Shown here: piece by piece, positions 1 to 12,600 of the stretch
How positions within the stretch are numbered: the stretch's first letter is position 1
How the letters are laid out: each line of letters opens with the position of its first letter
Virus record (IMG/VR): IMGVR_UViG_3300032050_010539
Strand: one strand, 5' to 3'
DNA length: 64,000 nucleotides
Origin: a virus
The notes under the pieces: model-generated
The model's input: only the letters and a program-made list of their open reading frames with translations
Told to the model about the DNA's origin: nothing
Databases searched by the model: none
Position numbers and translations under genes: made by a program

Positions 1-2
1 TA

Positions 3-398
3 GTTGAAGATAGTCAGATAGAAAGTATATTAAATCTAGTCAAGCAAAAGATTAATCCCGGGTCTCTAGTAGTACCTAGAGTAGCTAATACAGGTGATAT
101 ACAGGATATAGTAGAGCAATTACCTGATGAGCTGGGTACGCCTACTAATCAAGTAGTAGGACAGGCCCCAGATGCTACAACTGGCCGAGCTATTATTAAC
201 CATTCTACTTCGTCTATACAAGTAGAACAAATAGCAAAGAATCAGGCACAAGCAATATTAAATACTAATCCCGACATAAATCCTGATACGCTATCTAATA
301 ATCAGATACTTGCTCTTGTTGACGTAGCCTTTGCGGTAGATTTTAACAGAGATCCATTTACTACTTCTATACGTAATTATATAAAAGTTCTGAAATAA
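3..398 (+). CDS. 3' part of a late-region protein (truncated by window start)
   Basis: Frame open from base 3 (VEDSQIESILNLVKQK...) to TAA at 396-398, followed by GGGAGAG RBS of the next gene. Confidence 0.7.
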   Translation, partial: VEDSQIESILNLVKQKINPGSLVVPRVANTGDIQDIVEQLPDELGTPTNQVVGQAPDATTGRAIINHSTSSIQVEQIAKNQAQAILNTNPDINPDTLSNNQILALVDVAFAVDFNRDPFTTSIRNYIKVLK

Positions 399-409
399 GG
401 GAGAGTCTA

Positions 410-1558
410 ATGAGATTACTGATATACATAGGTCAGTCTGTAACTATGAGATATCTAGTAGGTAAGATAGAGTCTGAGGTGACGGGTACTCTATCTATCA
501 CTGATAAGATAGTGACAGTGGGGCCCGCCCGTTCTAATCTACGAGATGTACTGACTATAATACAAGACAATAATACTATCTACACTAGGCCAGATGGCAC
601 GCCGACCTATAATGCCCCAGTGGCGCAGACGCTAACACGTCCGTTTAGTTGGGCCGCTGACGCAGAGGCGGCTGTGGTAGAGTACCTAGAGCAGGGTATA
701 GCGCCAGAGGTACAGCTTATACGTCGCACTGCGCTAGTCACATACATAGATAGCCTCATAGTAGAGGCAGTCAGATTAATTGATAATGACCTCATATTAG
801 AAACAGCAGCAGGAGACGTAAGAACGCCAGTCAACGAAGTACTCCAGATTACTACTGGGGTTCCATCTCGATGGAGTGATAGTATAATAGACCTGGAGGT
901 ATGGTTAGAATCTCTGGGCTCAGGTCGTTTCTACATAGATAGAATAGGAGACGCTACAACGATAGAGGCAGATATAGTCTATACTAGTCGGGGCCGTCAG
1001 ATAGTAGGTAGACTAGGGGATATAACTGTAACGATGCCAATAGAGACAGTAGAGAGCGTAAGACAAGGCGATAAGACGTGGTTTAATACCCGGCCGCCGC
1101 GGGGGCCCATAATTCCTAACCTAGGTCTACTCCGCGCTGCTACTAGATTTATACGAAATTACACAATAAATGAGACTATAGGCGCAGAGTTATACGAGAC
1201 GTATCTAATAGATGGTACTCGTATAAACAGCCGGGCCATGTATTTACAGGATGGCTGCATAGTATTGGCAAATGGGCCAGAGAGCTGGTGGGTCAGTGTA
1301 AGAGATGTAAGGTTACTGACGGCTACTATGTTCTCTGGTCTATCAGTTAATACGCTTATACCGTTAGGCAGGTCTATCCCGCAGGCTCGCACTGTGCCTA
1401 TACAATCATCTATAGGCGTAATATATAGAGAAGGTGACTATAAGCCCATATTCTTCTTATCTATAAGAGAATGGAGTAATATATTCATTCTTGCTACATA
1501 CGAGAATGATAATTACCTAGTAGCTAAAGAGGAGATTGGCCGAATTGAGTACTATTAA
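410..1558 (+). CDS. hypothetical virion/late protein, 382 aa
   Basis: Long ORF with RBS in the co-oriented cluster upstream of terminase. Confidence 0.7.
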   Translation: MRLLIYIGQSVTMRYLVGKIESEVTGTLSITDKIVTVGPARSNLRDVLTIIQDNNTIYTRPDGTPTYNAPVAQTLTRPFSWAADAEAAVVEYLEQGIAPEVQLIRRTALVTYIDSLIVEAVRLIDNDLILETAAGDVRTPVNEVLQITTGVPSRWSDSIIDLEVWLESLGSGRFYIDRIGDATTIEADIVYTSRGRQIVGRLGDITVTMPIETVESVRQGDKTWFNTRPPRGPIIPNLGLLRAATRFIRNYTINETIGAELYETYLIDGTRINSRAMYLQDGCIVLANGPESWWVSVRDVRLLTATMFSGLSVNTLIPLGRSIPQARTVPIQSSIGVIYREGDYKPIFFLSIREWSNIFILATYENDNYLVAKEEIGRIEYY

Positions 1559-2381
1559 ACCATGGCAAGAACTAGTAGCAGAACAACGGCGGCTCAACCC
1601 CGCGCGGCCTTATCAGCCGCAGGCAGGTCTATTTGAATATAAGGGCCTAGATGCACTAGTCATAGAGGCAGAGAGTTATACATGGGTAGGAATCCAGTGG
1701 CTGGGCGGCGATTTATGGGGCCGTCGCGGCTGGCAGGAGATAGCCGTATTTGTAAGAATAGATGGCCAGAGCTGGGCCAATAGGCGATATATCTACTTAC
1801 CAGTAGATTTAGTAGAGCATCTCCTGCCATATATACCAATGGTAGATAATGGTTATACACTACGTTATCCCTCAGCGGATGATCTAGTACCTATATTCAG
1901 TGGTAGGCTGGTGTTGTTAAGTAGTCAGGGTATACACCCCCTATTACCCGGCTGGTTATGGACTGGACGAGTGATATGGCCTTACTATGAATATCAACAC
2001 GTATCAGGTAATATAGCGCCGCCTAATACTCTCCAGTGGAGTAAGTTAAGACCTACTAATCTACTAGATCCCCTTGGTCCACCAAGCGTAGAGCAGATGA
2101 CGCGTACACTACCTAATCTAGTAGGTGAGTTACCCACTAGGTTAGAGGAACCCTGGATAGGAACGTATACGGGCTGGTCTACTATTAATTATGGTGAGGA
2201 GACTACGCTATATCAATATAGAGCCCAGACTCAGGAATTATTCCTACTAGATAGCCCTCCATTATTAGATAGTATTTTATACAAACAGCAGTGGTTAATT
2301 GATAAGGTGCGCCTCAGTCATAGTATTGTACAGGGCGTAGTTATACAGCAGACAGTAACAGCAACATTGAGATTATGGTAA
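1536..2381 (+). CDS. hypothetical late protein, 281 aa
   Basis: TTG start with GAGGAG RBS; overlaps both neighbours. Confidence 0.7.
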   Translation: MAELSTIKPWQELVAEQRRLNPARPYQPQAGLFEYKGLDALVIEAESYTWVGIQWLGGDLWGRRGWQEIAVFVRIDGQSWANRRYIYLPVDLVEHLLPYIPMVDNGYTLRYPSADDLVPIFSGRLVLLSSQGIHPLLPGWLWTGRVIWPYYEYQHVSGNIAPPNTLQWSKLRPTNLLDPLGPPSVEQMTRTLPNLVGELPTRLEEPWIGTYTGWSTINYGEETTLYQYRAQTQELFLLDSPPLLDSILYKQQWLIDKVRLSHSIVQGVVIQQTVTATLRLW

Positions 2382-2743
2382 CTAAGCTAGATCTAGTTAA
2401 GGATAGAGCTATTATACGAGGGGCCCTCTGGGATCTACTGACTATACTACGTCAGGGAGACCTAACAGCACTGCAGTGCCGGGGCCAGATACGAGATGGA
2501 GAGGATGGTGAGTTATTTGCTAACTTTGAGTTTGAGCCTCTAACTACAGTAGATAGAGATGGAGTGATCTACACACGTATTAAACCCTATCTAGGTGCCA
2601 CACGTACTAAGCAGATACCTACTACAGCACCGCGTCAGACATGGTTCTATGATATAGAGTTATATGATCCCCTCGATGATGATATAGTGTATAGAATCAT
2701 CGACGGCGCTGTAGAGAGCCGTCTAAACATAACATTACCTTAA
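2375..2743 (+). CDS. putative baseplate/tail-associated protein, 122 aa
   Basis: C-terminal WFYDIELYD...VYRIIDG pattern resembles small phage baseplate/tail adaptor proteins; structural context. Confidence 0.45.
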   Translation: MVTKLDLVKDRAIIRGALWDLLTILRQGDLTALQCRGQIRDGEDGELFANFEFEPLTTVDRDGVIYTRIKPYLGATRTKQIPTTAPRQTWFYDIELYDPLDDDIVYRIIDGAVESRLNITLP

Positions 2744-2744
2744 C

Positions 2745-3215
2745 ATGTACACAAGAGCACTATACTCCTTCCTACTATCTCAGATTAATACTAATCTAGT
2801 AGTCATTCTAATCAATCGGCCCGAGCTAGGTATAGGTACTGTATTAACCCCCACTGAGATAGATGCCCGCCTGAATATCACCATGGCTGAAGCAGCCCTC
2901 TGGGAGATTAGTGGTTATAGTAGATTCATCGTCACTACCCCAATCATCACTATCCCAACACGTACAGCACCCACTGCTAGTTTGGTTGCTACTGCTACAT
3001 TCACGCCATCAGGGGGGCCGATAGGGCCCTTCACTCATGCACTGGTAGTACGGGGGGCTAACCTAACTGGTGCCAGTCCAGCTAATGGTAATAACCGCGG
3101 TAGTAACGTGGGTACTGTAGTGCACATAGAAACCGTAGTTAGCGCACCACTCTCGGTAGCACCACCTGCAGTATACAATTGCACTATCAATTTACTGCTC
3201 AACGAGCAGACATGA
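2745..3215 (+). CDS. putative tail-associated protein, 156 aa
   Basis: EISGYSR...ATFTPSGGPIGPFTHALV pattern typical of small phage tail proteins; Thr/Gly/Ala-rich. Confidence 0.5.
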   Translation: MYTRALYSFLLSQINTNLVVILINRPELGIGTVLTPTEIDARLNITMAEAALWEISGYSRFIVTTPIITIPTRTAPTASLVATATFTPSGGPIGPFTHALVVRGANLTGASPANGNNRGSNVGTVVHIETVVSAPLSVAPPAVYNCTINLLLNEQT

Positions 3216-3389
3216 CTCCTATAGCTGCGACTTAGTAGAGAGGCCAGCAGGGTATAGTTCTGTGGCCTCCTCGACTGTTAGTTTTATTCATTCGCATATA
3301 ATAAAATTCCACCACCTCAATACTAAGCATAGTGCCAATTACTACACGAGCCGTGCTATAAACTTCCAAATCTAGAGTCAAGTACATGC

Positions 3390-4181
3390 GTGGTGCCTGC
3401 TATTAACCACATAGTGAGGGGCATACTACTAAAGCGTCGCTGTCTAAACTCATTATTCATTGTGATTAACCTCGAGTCATTAATTAGAACACGGGCCCCT
3501 GCGCTATTAGGCGCTCTGCCACTATTAGATTGGTGGATAATACAATTACTCAGTAGTACTGATTACCCTGTCGTAGTTCTCAATAGGGATATACATTCTG
3601 TTAGAGTGCCCGGCCCCTACGACATGATAGATAGTAGGGGTAATTTTATCATGCGCTCAGAATTAGATAGCTGGGGTCTAGAACCACTGCAGAGAGCCAT
3701 CCTCTCTACTAAGGCGGAGGGCAGTATAAGCGCATACGTACTGCGGTCAGGCAGCTCTAGTACTATTATAATCTACACTGCATTCTCTCGAGACAATAGT
3801 CTAGATCAAGAGGTACAATTAGAGGTCCCGCAGAATACAACGGTAGTAACTATCCGCTTCAATTCAACTGTGCCCTGGACACTACGCTATATAGAATCGC
3901 CCCCCCGCTTAGATGTACCAATACCAGATGAGTACATAGAGCTAGAGATAGACGCGGGCACTCATATTATGAGTACCATATCGTCTATATATCTGAATCC
4001 ATCACTACCAGTAAACACAATATCGGGCCCTGCAGCAATACACATGATACCCCAAGGTGACGTATTCTATGTCGCTATAAATGAGGATCCTAATTTAGTC
4101 AAGGCTATACAACCTGACATAGACATAATAGAATACACAGAGACTAAGAATATGTGTATGGAGGTGACACTTGGCGCGTAA
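3390..4181 (+). CDS. hypothetical protein (true start may be ~3623, MIDSRG)
   Basis: ORF abutting terminase; 5' end uncertain. Confidence 0.55.
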   Translation: MVPAINHIVRGILLKRRCLNSLFIVINLESLIRTRAPALLGALPLLDWWIIQLLSSTDYPVVVLNRDIHSVRVPGPYDMIDSRGNFIMRSELDSWGLEPLQRAILSTKAEGSISAYVLRSGSSSTIIIYTAFSRDNSLDQEVQLEVPQNTTVVTIRFNSTVPWTLRYIESPPRLDVPIPDEYIELEIDAGTHIMSTISSIYLNPSLPVNTISGPAAIHMIPQGDVFYVAINEDPNLVKAIQPDIDIIEYTETKNMCMEVTLGA

Positions 4182-5949
4182 ACGTAAGCTGGATCCAATA
4201 GAACTATTCGATGAGTTAGCGTATGAAGGCCTAGCTCAGGTTAAGACTGGGCACGTTATAGGTATAGTTGAATTTGCAGAGCAGTATCTACTGGCCCCCG
4301 GTGATACATTATTCCCGCCTCAGAGAGCTATACTGCGCGCTCTCTATAATGAGCCTCTACTAGAGGATGAGCTAGCTATACTACAACGATGGGCTGAGCA
4401 AGACGTAACCACCTGGGTACCAGACCGCTCCTACGTCAACATGGTACTAGAGTGTGGGCGACGAGGAGGTAAGAGCGTGCTAGCAAGTATATGCGTGCTC
4501 TACGAGTTCTATTGCCTTATTAACCTAGATAACCCAGCTAAGCACTATGGTCTCCTGAGTGGATCCCCTATAGCTATATTTGTTATAGCGCGAAGCGGGG
4601 CCCAGGTCAATGAGACGCTATTCGGCGCAATCAGGGGCTACGCTAGCCAGAGCGGGTACTTCAAGGGGCTAGTGAACAGTGGTCAGATAGAGATACTCAC
4701 GCAGGAGATACGTTGCCCGGCTAAAAATATAGCCATCTACGCTAAACACACTAACTCGCAGTCCCTAGTAGGTTACTCCCTTAAGATGTTGGTTCTAGAT
4801 GAGGCGGCCCGCTTCGAGTATAACGAGCTAGGGGAATCGAAGGCAGATGATATATGGAGTAACGTAGCTAAGGGGCTGAGTACCTTCGGGGATAAAGGTA
4901 AGAAGATAGCCATCAGTTCTGCTTGGGGTGAGGGGGACTACATACAGAATCTCTATAAGGTAGCGACACGCGATGCGCGCATGGTGGCATTCCGCCTACG
5001 CACCTGGGATATCAATCTACGACCAGAGGTCAGTGAGTATAGCCTCAAGAATAGTGAGGACTACATACGCGATCCCGTGACAGCAGCTCTGGAGTATGAG
5101 GGCATACGCTCTAGTAAGCACGGCTCCTTCTTCCAGAAGGAGTATATAGAGGAGGCAGTTAAGGGTCTCTCTTGTCTGGATGCACGTTCTATACCACTGG
5201 ATATAGCCAATGGGGATGATACACGCTATTACGTATCACTGCAGATAACTAGGCTAGAGAGACTCAGTGAGGGCCGCTCCTATCTACACGTAGACTACGG
5301 ACTCAAGAAGGATAGTGCCGCTATTGCCTTCGTAAGGAGCACTAAGCTAGAGGATGGTAGATGGGGCGTCATAGTAGATGGTCTACTAGTGTGGAAGCCC
5401 TATAGTGATAGAGATGGTAGAGGGAGGGGCATACAGCGTATAGTCTCCTACCTAGATATAGAGGAGAAGTTAGTGCAGATATGTCAGGCCCGCCATATTA
5501 GTCTCTGCTCATTTGACTCGTATCAATCTCAGTCCACTATACAACGACTACACGCCCACGGCATACGCTCTACTGAGATGAGTACCACTAATACAGCGCA
5601 GCTGAGTTACTATAACCTAACGCGACAACTACTCAATGAGGGGCGACTGATACTACCTCGCGATAGTACCTGGACGCATAGTCTGATGGCCGAGATGGGC
5701 GGTATATTACAACTGGCTAGTGGTAAGATAACTCACAACGAGCGGGCCAGCGGTAAGGACATAATAGATGCTGTAGTCAACGCTGTATTTAACTGCGTTA
5801 AGGAGGGCAGTACTCTCATGGGATTCAGTATGAGTTCTAGTGGCATCAAGAGTATCAGTAGCAAGACACTCAAGAAGAATAGAGAACTAACTACAGCTCG
5901 CGGTAAGGGGTTACTATTAGCAGCGCGTAAGCGGCGGCCCTCAATCTAA
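4171..5949 (+). CDS. terL: terminase large subunit
   Basis: Walker A CGRRGGKS, Walker B LVLDEAA, motif III ISSA, RNase H-like nuclease HVDYGLKKDSAA ... KDIIDAV. Confidence 0.92.
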   Translation: MARKRKLDPIELFDELAYEGLAQVKTGHVIGIVEFAEQYLLAPGDTLFPPQRAILRALYNEPLLEDELAILQRWAEQDVTTWVPDRSYVNMVLECGRRGGKSVLASICVLYEFYCLINLDNPAKHYGLLSGSPIAIFVIARSGAQVNETLFGAIRGYASQSGYFKGLVNSGQIEILTQEIRCPAKNIAIYAKHTNSQSLVGYSLKMLVLDEAARFEYNELGESKADDIWSNVAKGLSTFGDKGKKIAISSAWGEGDYIQNLYKVATRDARMVAFRLRTWDINLRPEVSEYSLKNSEDYIRDPVTAALEYEGIRSSKHGSFFQKEYIEEAVKGLSCLDARSIPLDIANGDDTRYYVSLQITRLERLSEGRSYLHVDYGLKKDSAAIAFVRSTKLEDGRWGVIVDGLLVWKPYSDRDGRGRGIQRIVSYLDIEEKLVQICQARHISLCSFDSYQSQSTIQRLHAHGIRSTEMSTTNTAQLSYYNLTRQLLNEGRLILPRDSTWTHSLMAEMGGILQLASGKITHNERASGKDIIDAVVNAVFNCVKEGSTLMGFSMSSSGIKSISSKTLKKNRELTTARGKGLLLAARKRRPSI

Positions 5950-6022
5950 TCATGTCCACAATAGATAAGCTCATCTCATCCATGATGTATTAAAAACTGT
6001 CCCCAGGCGCGCCATAACCATA

Positions 6023-6652
6023 ATGAAATTATCTCCAGTTATATTTGAGTTCCAGGAATTATTCAGCTCGTGGCGATACTACCTGTATATCACACCGCCG
6101 CGTTCTCTTCGTGGGGTCACGCCTGGCACCAGTCAAAGAATACATCTCCAGTCGACTATACCCCTACGTTTATTGCTGGCCCCCTGCGAGCCAGAGTATA
6201 TACCACTGGCCTATCCCCAGTACAGCACACCGCGAGCCAGTGAGGCATTCAGGCTAGAGAATGCCTATAAGATAGAGATCTGGAGATGGAGGCAACAATC
6301 TAAGGTACCAGGGCGCGTAGTCCAGGATTATCAGGAGTCATTAGTAGACACACGATACTGGTGGATAGGTATGTCTACCAGTCGCGAGCGTATAGAGATA
6401 ACACCAGTAAACAATATAATTAGTTTATTCGATTACCCCGATATACTAGCAGGCATCGTTGTTAAAGATGCACTGGGTGCTATTGTAGATTACACCGTCA
6501 AGGACCAGAGCACTAGCCGAGCAGAGCGCTTCAAGGCGGAGATAGAATTACCTAATAATGATCCCGTAGTAGTAGAATACGATACACCGGTAGTGCCGAT
6601 AGAGGTCTCCTATACAGATAAGGTCAGTGAACAGTGGAATCGGATCTACTAA
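6023..6652 (+). CDS. hypothetical late protein, 209 aa
   Basis: ORF between terL and the giant protein. Confidence 0.65.
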   Translation: MKLSPVIFEFQELFSSWRYYLYITPPRSLRGVTPGTSQRIHLQSTIPLRLLLAPCEPEYIPLAYPQYSTPRASEAFRLENAYKIEIWRWRQQSKVPGRVVQDYQESLVDTRYWWIGMSTSRERIEITPVNNIISLFDYPDILAGIVVKDALGAIVDYTVKDQSTSRAERFKAEIELPNNDPVVVEYDTPVVPIEVSYTDKVSEQWNRIY

Positions 6653-9600
6653 AACAAATAGAGGCGGCTAGTAAATACCCATCGGCTGGTGTTGGTTCAC
6701 TAGAGGGCTCCTCTAGCCGATTCGGCGTGTCATCTCTTAGTGAGACTCAGCGTTTTCTAAGAGATGCGCGCCCGAATAGTCTAGAGGCGGCCTTGTTCTC
6801 ACACAATAGGTTCCACTCGGATTTTACCCTAGAGTTATTACACGATACTTTTAATAAAGAGAGCTTCAGAGCAATAGGCCAAGAAAGACAGGATAAATTC
6901 TATCAGAGTATGAAGCCATATATAAAAATGGCAGAGGGTATATTTACTAATGAGATAGATCTATACGATGAGGTAGGTGGTACTGTCGTAGTCGACATGA
7001 CTATATCTAAGAGAGAGTCACAGGCATTAAAGGCAGCATCTAATAATCTAAATGTCATACCCTATACCGCTAATAAGGGCCAGGGGACTACGCTGATGCA
7101 CTCTAAGCTCGAGTTGATAACCAGAGAGGACGGTACTGATGTAGGTAGAGTACACACGGCCCCTTATATAACCGAGTACGGAACTAATGCCCTCGAGGTA
7201 GGAGCGGTAGTATCAGGTATCGCAGGAGCCGGCGCTATAATATCAGGCAGGGCCCCGCGACTAGGTATAGTAGGAGCTATAGCCGCCCCTCTACTCATGG
7301 GCGCTGGCGTAATGCTCAGGAATACTAATAGTAGTCTTCTTGATATAGGCCTTAAGTCTAATAAAAAGGATGTATTCTACGAAACCAGTAACCCTAAGTT
7401 TGTTACTGAACTCCGCACTTATATGCGTTCCCTAGCAGAGGGCAGGGAGCTAGATACTTCTCGCAATAGATTCATCTTAGGTGAGTCAGAGGCTATATTA
7501 GCCATGACCCGCGACGCGCAGAAGGCTAATGGCATAGTACTGAGCCCAGCAAGCTGGAGCCTAGCTCAAGCAAGAGATGATGATGGAAATATCATCAGCC
7601 GAGATAATAATTTAGATAGGAATCACTACGCCAGACTAGAGAACTTTGAGAACACTATAGTAGAGCGGGCCTCTGACATACCAATACTAATGGCTACTAG
7701 TGGCCAGGTAGATTCCAATGTACACCATCGTCTACATCAGGCCGGCGTTATAGCGGGCTCTAACGTAGGTACTCATTATAATAAACACCTATTTGAGAAT
7801 ATAGACGAGAAGGGCACCGATGCGCTTTATATGGGCACTCGACGTTTCAGTGCTCAACACAATAGGGAGATCATGATACGATTGACTAGCGAGGATGACC
7901 CCGCTGCCTTCGCGTATTATAAGGGCATGTTATTGTCTGATAATAAGTTCAACGTCTCCGATATAGAGATGACGCAGATGGGTTATACCAATAAGTCATT
8001 TATACGTGCTACTACTGGTACTACTATATCTCAGCTACCCAGCTTCCTGGGAGCCTCTCATTTCTATGAGGTGGCTATCAATAACGCAGCGCGCGCTCGA
8101 GTAAGCGGACACCTAGACTGGAGAGAATCATTAGAGTCTTATACCAATAGGCCGGGCATAGCCACACAGAACTACCTAGCGCGCGCTGCGCTAAATGGGG
8201 CCCCCAGTGTTGTGCCAGACCAGGTCCGCGATTACGATAGAGCTCTATTATCGCCAGGCCTAGGCTCTCTCATTAATGAATACACTATCATGGCCGGTTT
8301 TGGCAGGCTATATAAAGATGAGGTGGGGGCCCTACCTAGTATAGCGGGGGCCTTCGGTGCAGTACTAGATAGAACACTGACATACTACGGCACGTTCTTC
8401 GACTATGATGAGACGCGCGATAGTATGGTACCAGTGGCTGGTGTATACGAGAATGCGCTTACATTTGCTAGTAGCTTTGTAATGACTACAGCGGCCAGTA
8501 TGGGGCTATACTTCAGTATAGGTATACCCCTAGGTTACATAACTGCAGAACTAAATAAGTCGATGGTCCAGGGTACTATCGACAGCGCTGTACAGAAGAC
8601 AGCAGGAAAAAGATATCCTCAGCACTTACCTATACTAGACATTGCCCCCGTCGATAATTTCGAGTTAGCTAAATACATGCAAGAAGTTCAGGGGCTTAGC
8701 GGAGGCACCCTCGACAACTATTACACTAATCGTATAAATACACTGCCCGCTCTCAATAACCTATTTTATAGAGAGAGGGGGGCCACCTTCTTCGAGTATA
8801 TAACTAAGCCCTTCATACTAGATGTCATGAATCCCTATGAGAGAGGGAGTGCAGAGGACATTAAGCTAAGGCGCTCTGCGGATGCCTTCCATGATTCACT
8901 ACGGCGCCCTATTGGTCTAGAGACCACCTTTGAAGAGAGGTATAACCCAGTCTCGCGTGAGATGGAGCCATTCCTAGTGTCTCTCAGGGCTACTAACATA
9001 GGCTTTGAGAGACAACGAGAATTAGCAATACTAATTGACGAGGTAGGGGCTAGTCTACCTGCTGCACCCTGGCGCTGGGGATGGGGAGAGGGTAAGGAAG
9101 ACAGCCGCTCCTTCGTGAGTATGGCAGAGGTATTCAGCTTTAGTGAGATGGCAGAATCCTTCCATAGAATCTTAGGTACTGGAAGCCAGAGCCTCAACTA
9201 CATAGTCAGTAGTAGCGAGAATAACACTAGCGGTATGAAGGGCCTCCTCATGCGAGGGGGCGCTATGCTAGGAGGAGTGATGCGTTCTACTAAGGCGCGC
9301 CTCCAGGGCAATAACTTATTTATGGGTATAGGGCCCATAGCAACTACTAATCTAGCTGCAGAGTATAAGGAACTCATGAAGTTAGAGAGACAGATGTTAG
9401 TAGAGAACCTACTGACATGGGAGGTAGGCATTAACGGACAAGGTAGCCGTCAGATAGGTAATGTACAAACTCTGGAGCAGCGCCAGTTAGTTGCTAAGTT
9501 TGTAGATCAGCTGATAGTCTACAATCAGGCCATACAGAGTAGTCCCTACTATCAGCAGGCAGTACAACGGGCAGCGGGGGCCACGGCAGCTCAAGAGGAT

Positions 9601-12600
9601 CTATTCAGATTAATATCAGGGCGTAATAGTCGCTTCCTAACCTCATCGTTCTTCCGCAATAAGGGTATTATAGGTGCCTCTGTATTGGCTCTTATGAATG
9701 TACAGACTGGCCTAGCTAATATACTAGATGCCAGTGGGCCTAGTTTCCTGCGTTCTATTAACCTACAGTTCGGTGATGTCGACGTAGAGGAGGTACGCTA
9801 CAATAACCGCAATCTAATACTCGAAGGGCCCGTCATGGGGGCCGCTTATACAGCATTAGCAGTAGCCGGGGGTTATGTAGGTAGTGAGGTATTCGGCAGT
9901 ATGGCTATTAACCGGTATAGTCTCAGCGATGAGTTGTATGCCAGTGGTAACAGTCGTCTAATATCCGCAGAGGCAGAAGGAGTACTGAAGCGAGGCACTC
10001 TAGTCAAGAAGGGTAATAGATTTATGACGTGGGGTCTAACTACAGCAGCGCTACTATGGGCCCCCCGCGTCATCACTGGTGTAGGTAACTTTATAATGAA
10101 TATCTTCAACCGTATAACAGGGCAAGAGGGGCAGGTACTAGACGAGAACTACGCAACAGTAGGTAGTCTCCAGGCATGGAAACAATCAGTACTCAATAGG
10201 GTCAATACAGGCGGGCTAGTTGGCAATAGAACTGAGAGGACTTTAGAGGCATGGTCTGCATTCGTAGCAGGACGTATTAGTGCACACACACCAGTAGCAG
10301 CTATAAGTCAACGGGCCAAAACTATAGAGGTCTACGCGAGTCAGGCCCCCACGTCCTACATACAGTTCTTCATAGCGGAGTCACGGCGCCGTGGTTCTGA
10401 GATGGATAAGGGCGTATACAGTTATAGTATGGGGGTACAATCAGCACCTGTACTGGGTATCTCTATGAGCGTGTCAGCCCCGCTGGCCTTTGACGCTAAT
10501 AAGCCCTTCGCTGAGGCCTTCATATATAACCAGGAGAAGGATAACGTTATCAATTACATACAGAGCGCTGGTAATGTATCATTAGCAGTATCGTTAACGG
10601 CTGGGCTAGTTAGTCTGTCTGCTCTGTTACCAGAGTACGCGCGCTCTAAGATACTACGCGATCCTACGATAGGTGCGGGTGCGAAGGATCTCAGCAATAA
10701 GATGACTAACTTAGCAGCACTAGTAGATGACTGGGGCGGCCGGGCTATGAATGTACCCATAGCAGGTGCACGAACTGCGGTTGGTTCCTTCTGGCATTAC
10801 TCAGGTAAGGTAGTAGACACAATGGCGGGGTTCAGCTACGGGGCACTACAGGGATTCGACAAGCTAGATAGAAGACTAGCTAAGGTCATAGCTCTGAGTA
10901 ACTTTATTGTACCCCCTGTGCTAGGCGCACTATTTGGACTAACGGGCACGAGTCCACTAACAAGTTCCCTACTTGTAGGTACCTCTCTGGCCTTCGCATA
11001 TTCCTTCGCTATGAAGCACGATCCATGGCGTAAGAAGGTAGCGGCTCTACAATCTCGTGTAGCGAGAATAACAGGTATGGAGGATATTAGGATAAGCCGC
11101 GGTATGCATACGGGTCTACGCAGATGGCGGGCCTATCGTATGCCACTACTTCTTGGCACTATAGCGGCCCTATTCCAAACTAAGACTGGGTGGAACGTAA
11201 GTGAGGGCATGGACGACAATGTCATGACTCGACTAGCTACAGTAGGGCTCTATGCCGGCGTAAACGCTATGGCAGTAGTGGAACTAGGAGACCTCGGGCT
11301 AGACCCAGGCGCTACTATAGAGCGGTATCGTAGAATGAGGGCCAAGGTAGGTAAGATGCACCCACTGAACCCACTAGGTATGTGGCGTAAGCTACGTCTA
11401 GCTTCTCTTGAGAGAGACATACGGTCTGACTTTAATACTGTAGAGACCTACCTATCAGACTACCGTAATAATCGACGGGGCTACCATAGCTTCGATTTAC
11501 TAGATGAACACCTGAAGACAGTTCACGGCACAGCATACCATAATGCTATGAATGAACACGGCCGGCGCCCGTCTAACTTCCAGGTACGGGACATTATAGA
11601 CGAGGCAGGTAACTATAGACTAACAGATTACAGTGAGAACCTACGCACCCTAGTAGATAGCCGAGACTACCTCAAGTATAGAAACGCCAGAATACTGGGG
11701 CCCGGCGGTAGTAGACTATTGCGTTCTGCAGCGGCACTAGGCGCCGTGAACATAGCCGCTACTGCTCTTCTATTAGGTGTGGGTGCTATATTATCTAGTT
11801 CAGGTAATCAGGAGGAAGCAACAGCGGGCTTCTATAACGCTATGGATGACACGCCACTGGAGTTCGTGTCTAATGCATTCCGTCTAGTCACACGACGGGA
11901 TATAGCTGTGGCACAGGATCCCCTGGAGCCTCTGGTTGTAATGGCAGATGGCGCCTATAAGCGTAAGCGCGGCGTGCGCTTAATCAACCCCATAGAGAGC
12001 AGCGTAGGGCGTATGAGTACTGCAATAGATAACCTACGCAACAGCTTTGTATTAAATGCCAGTAACCCATTTATGAGTGTCCTAGTATTTGGTACTAGTG
12101 TACGAGAGGGAGAGCTAGGCTCGCGTCAGACCTTCTACATGCAGCTACAGTCTACTAACCAGGACATCAGTACGGCAGTATATTCTACAGCGCCAGCCTA
12201 TATGTTCAAGATGGTCAAGGCAGGGGCCATGGGCCAGCTATACGCGCGCGACTACCGTAAGGCTAATATAACTGATGCCTCGATGAATAACTTATCAGAG
12301 GATCAGCGCAAGTTTATGGCCATCAGCGTAGTCAGTCTAACAGCACGATTAGACCCATTGACTGATAAGAACCGCCGGCGCGTAACTAGCCCATTCAATA
12401 GAGCCAGCCTGGCCCTCTATAGAGCGGATCCGTTGATGAACATAGCGTTGAGTAGTCGCCTGCAGGTAATACGCAACTTCGCATATCAGCGGCCTGAGTC
12501 ATTAGTATCTGAGATGACTAATCTAGGTAATCCTGATGGTATGAATCCCCGGGATAGTAAAAAACCCAAGTCATATCTAGACACGCTAATTGCATCGCTG

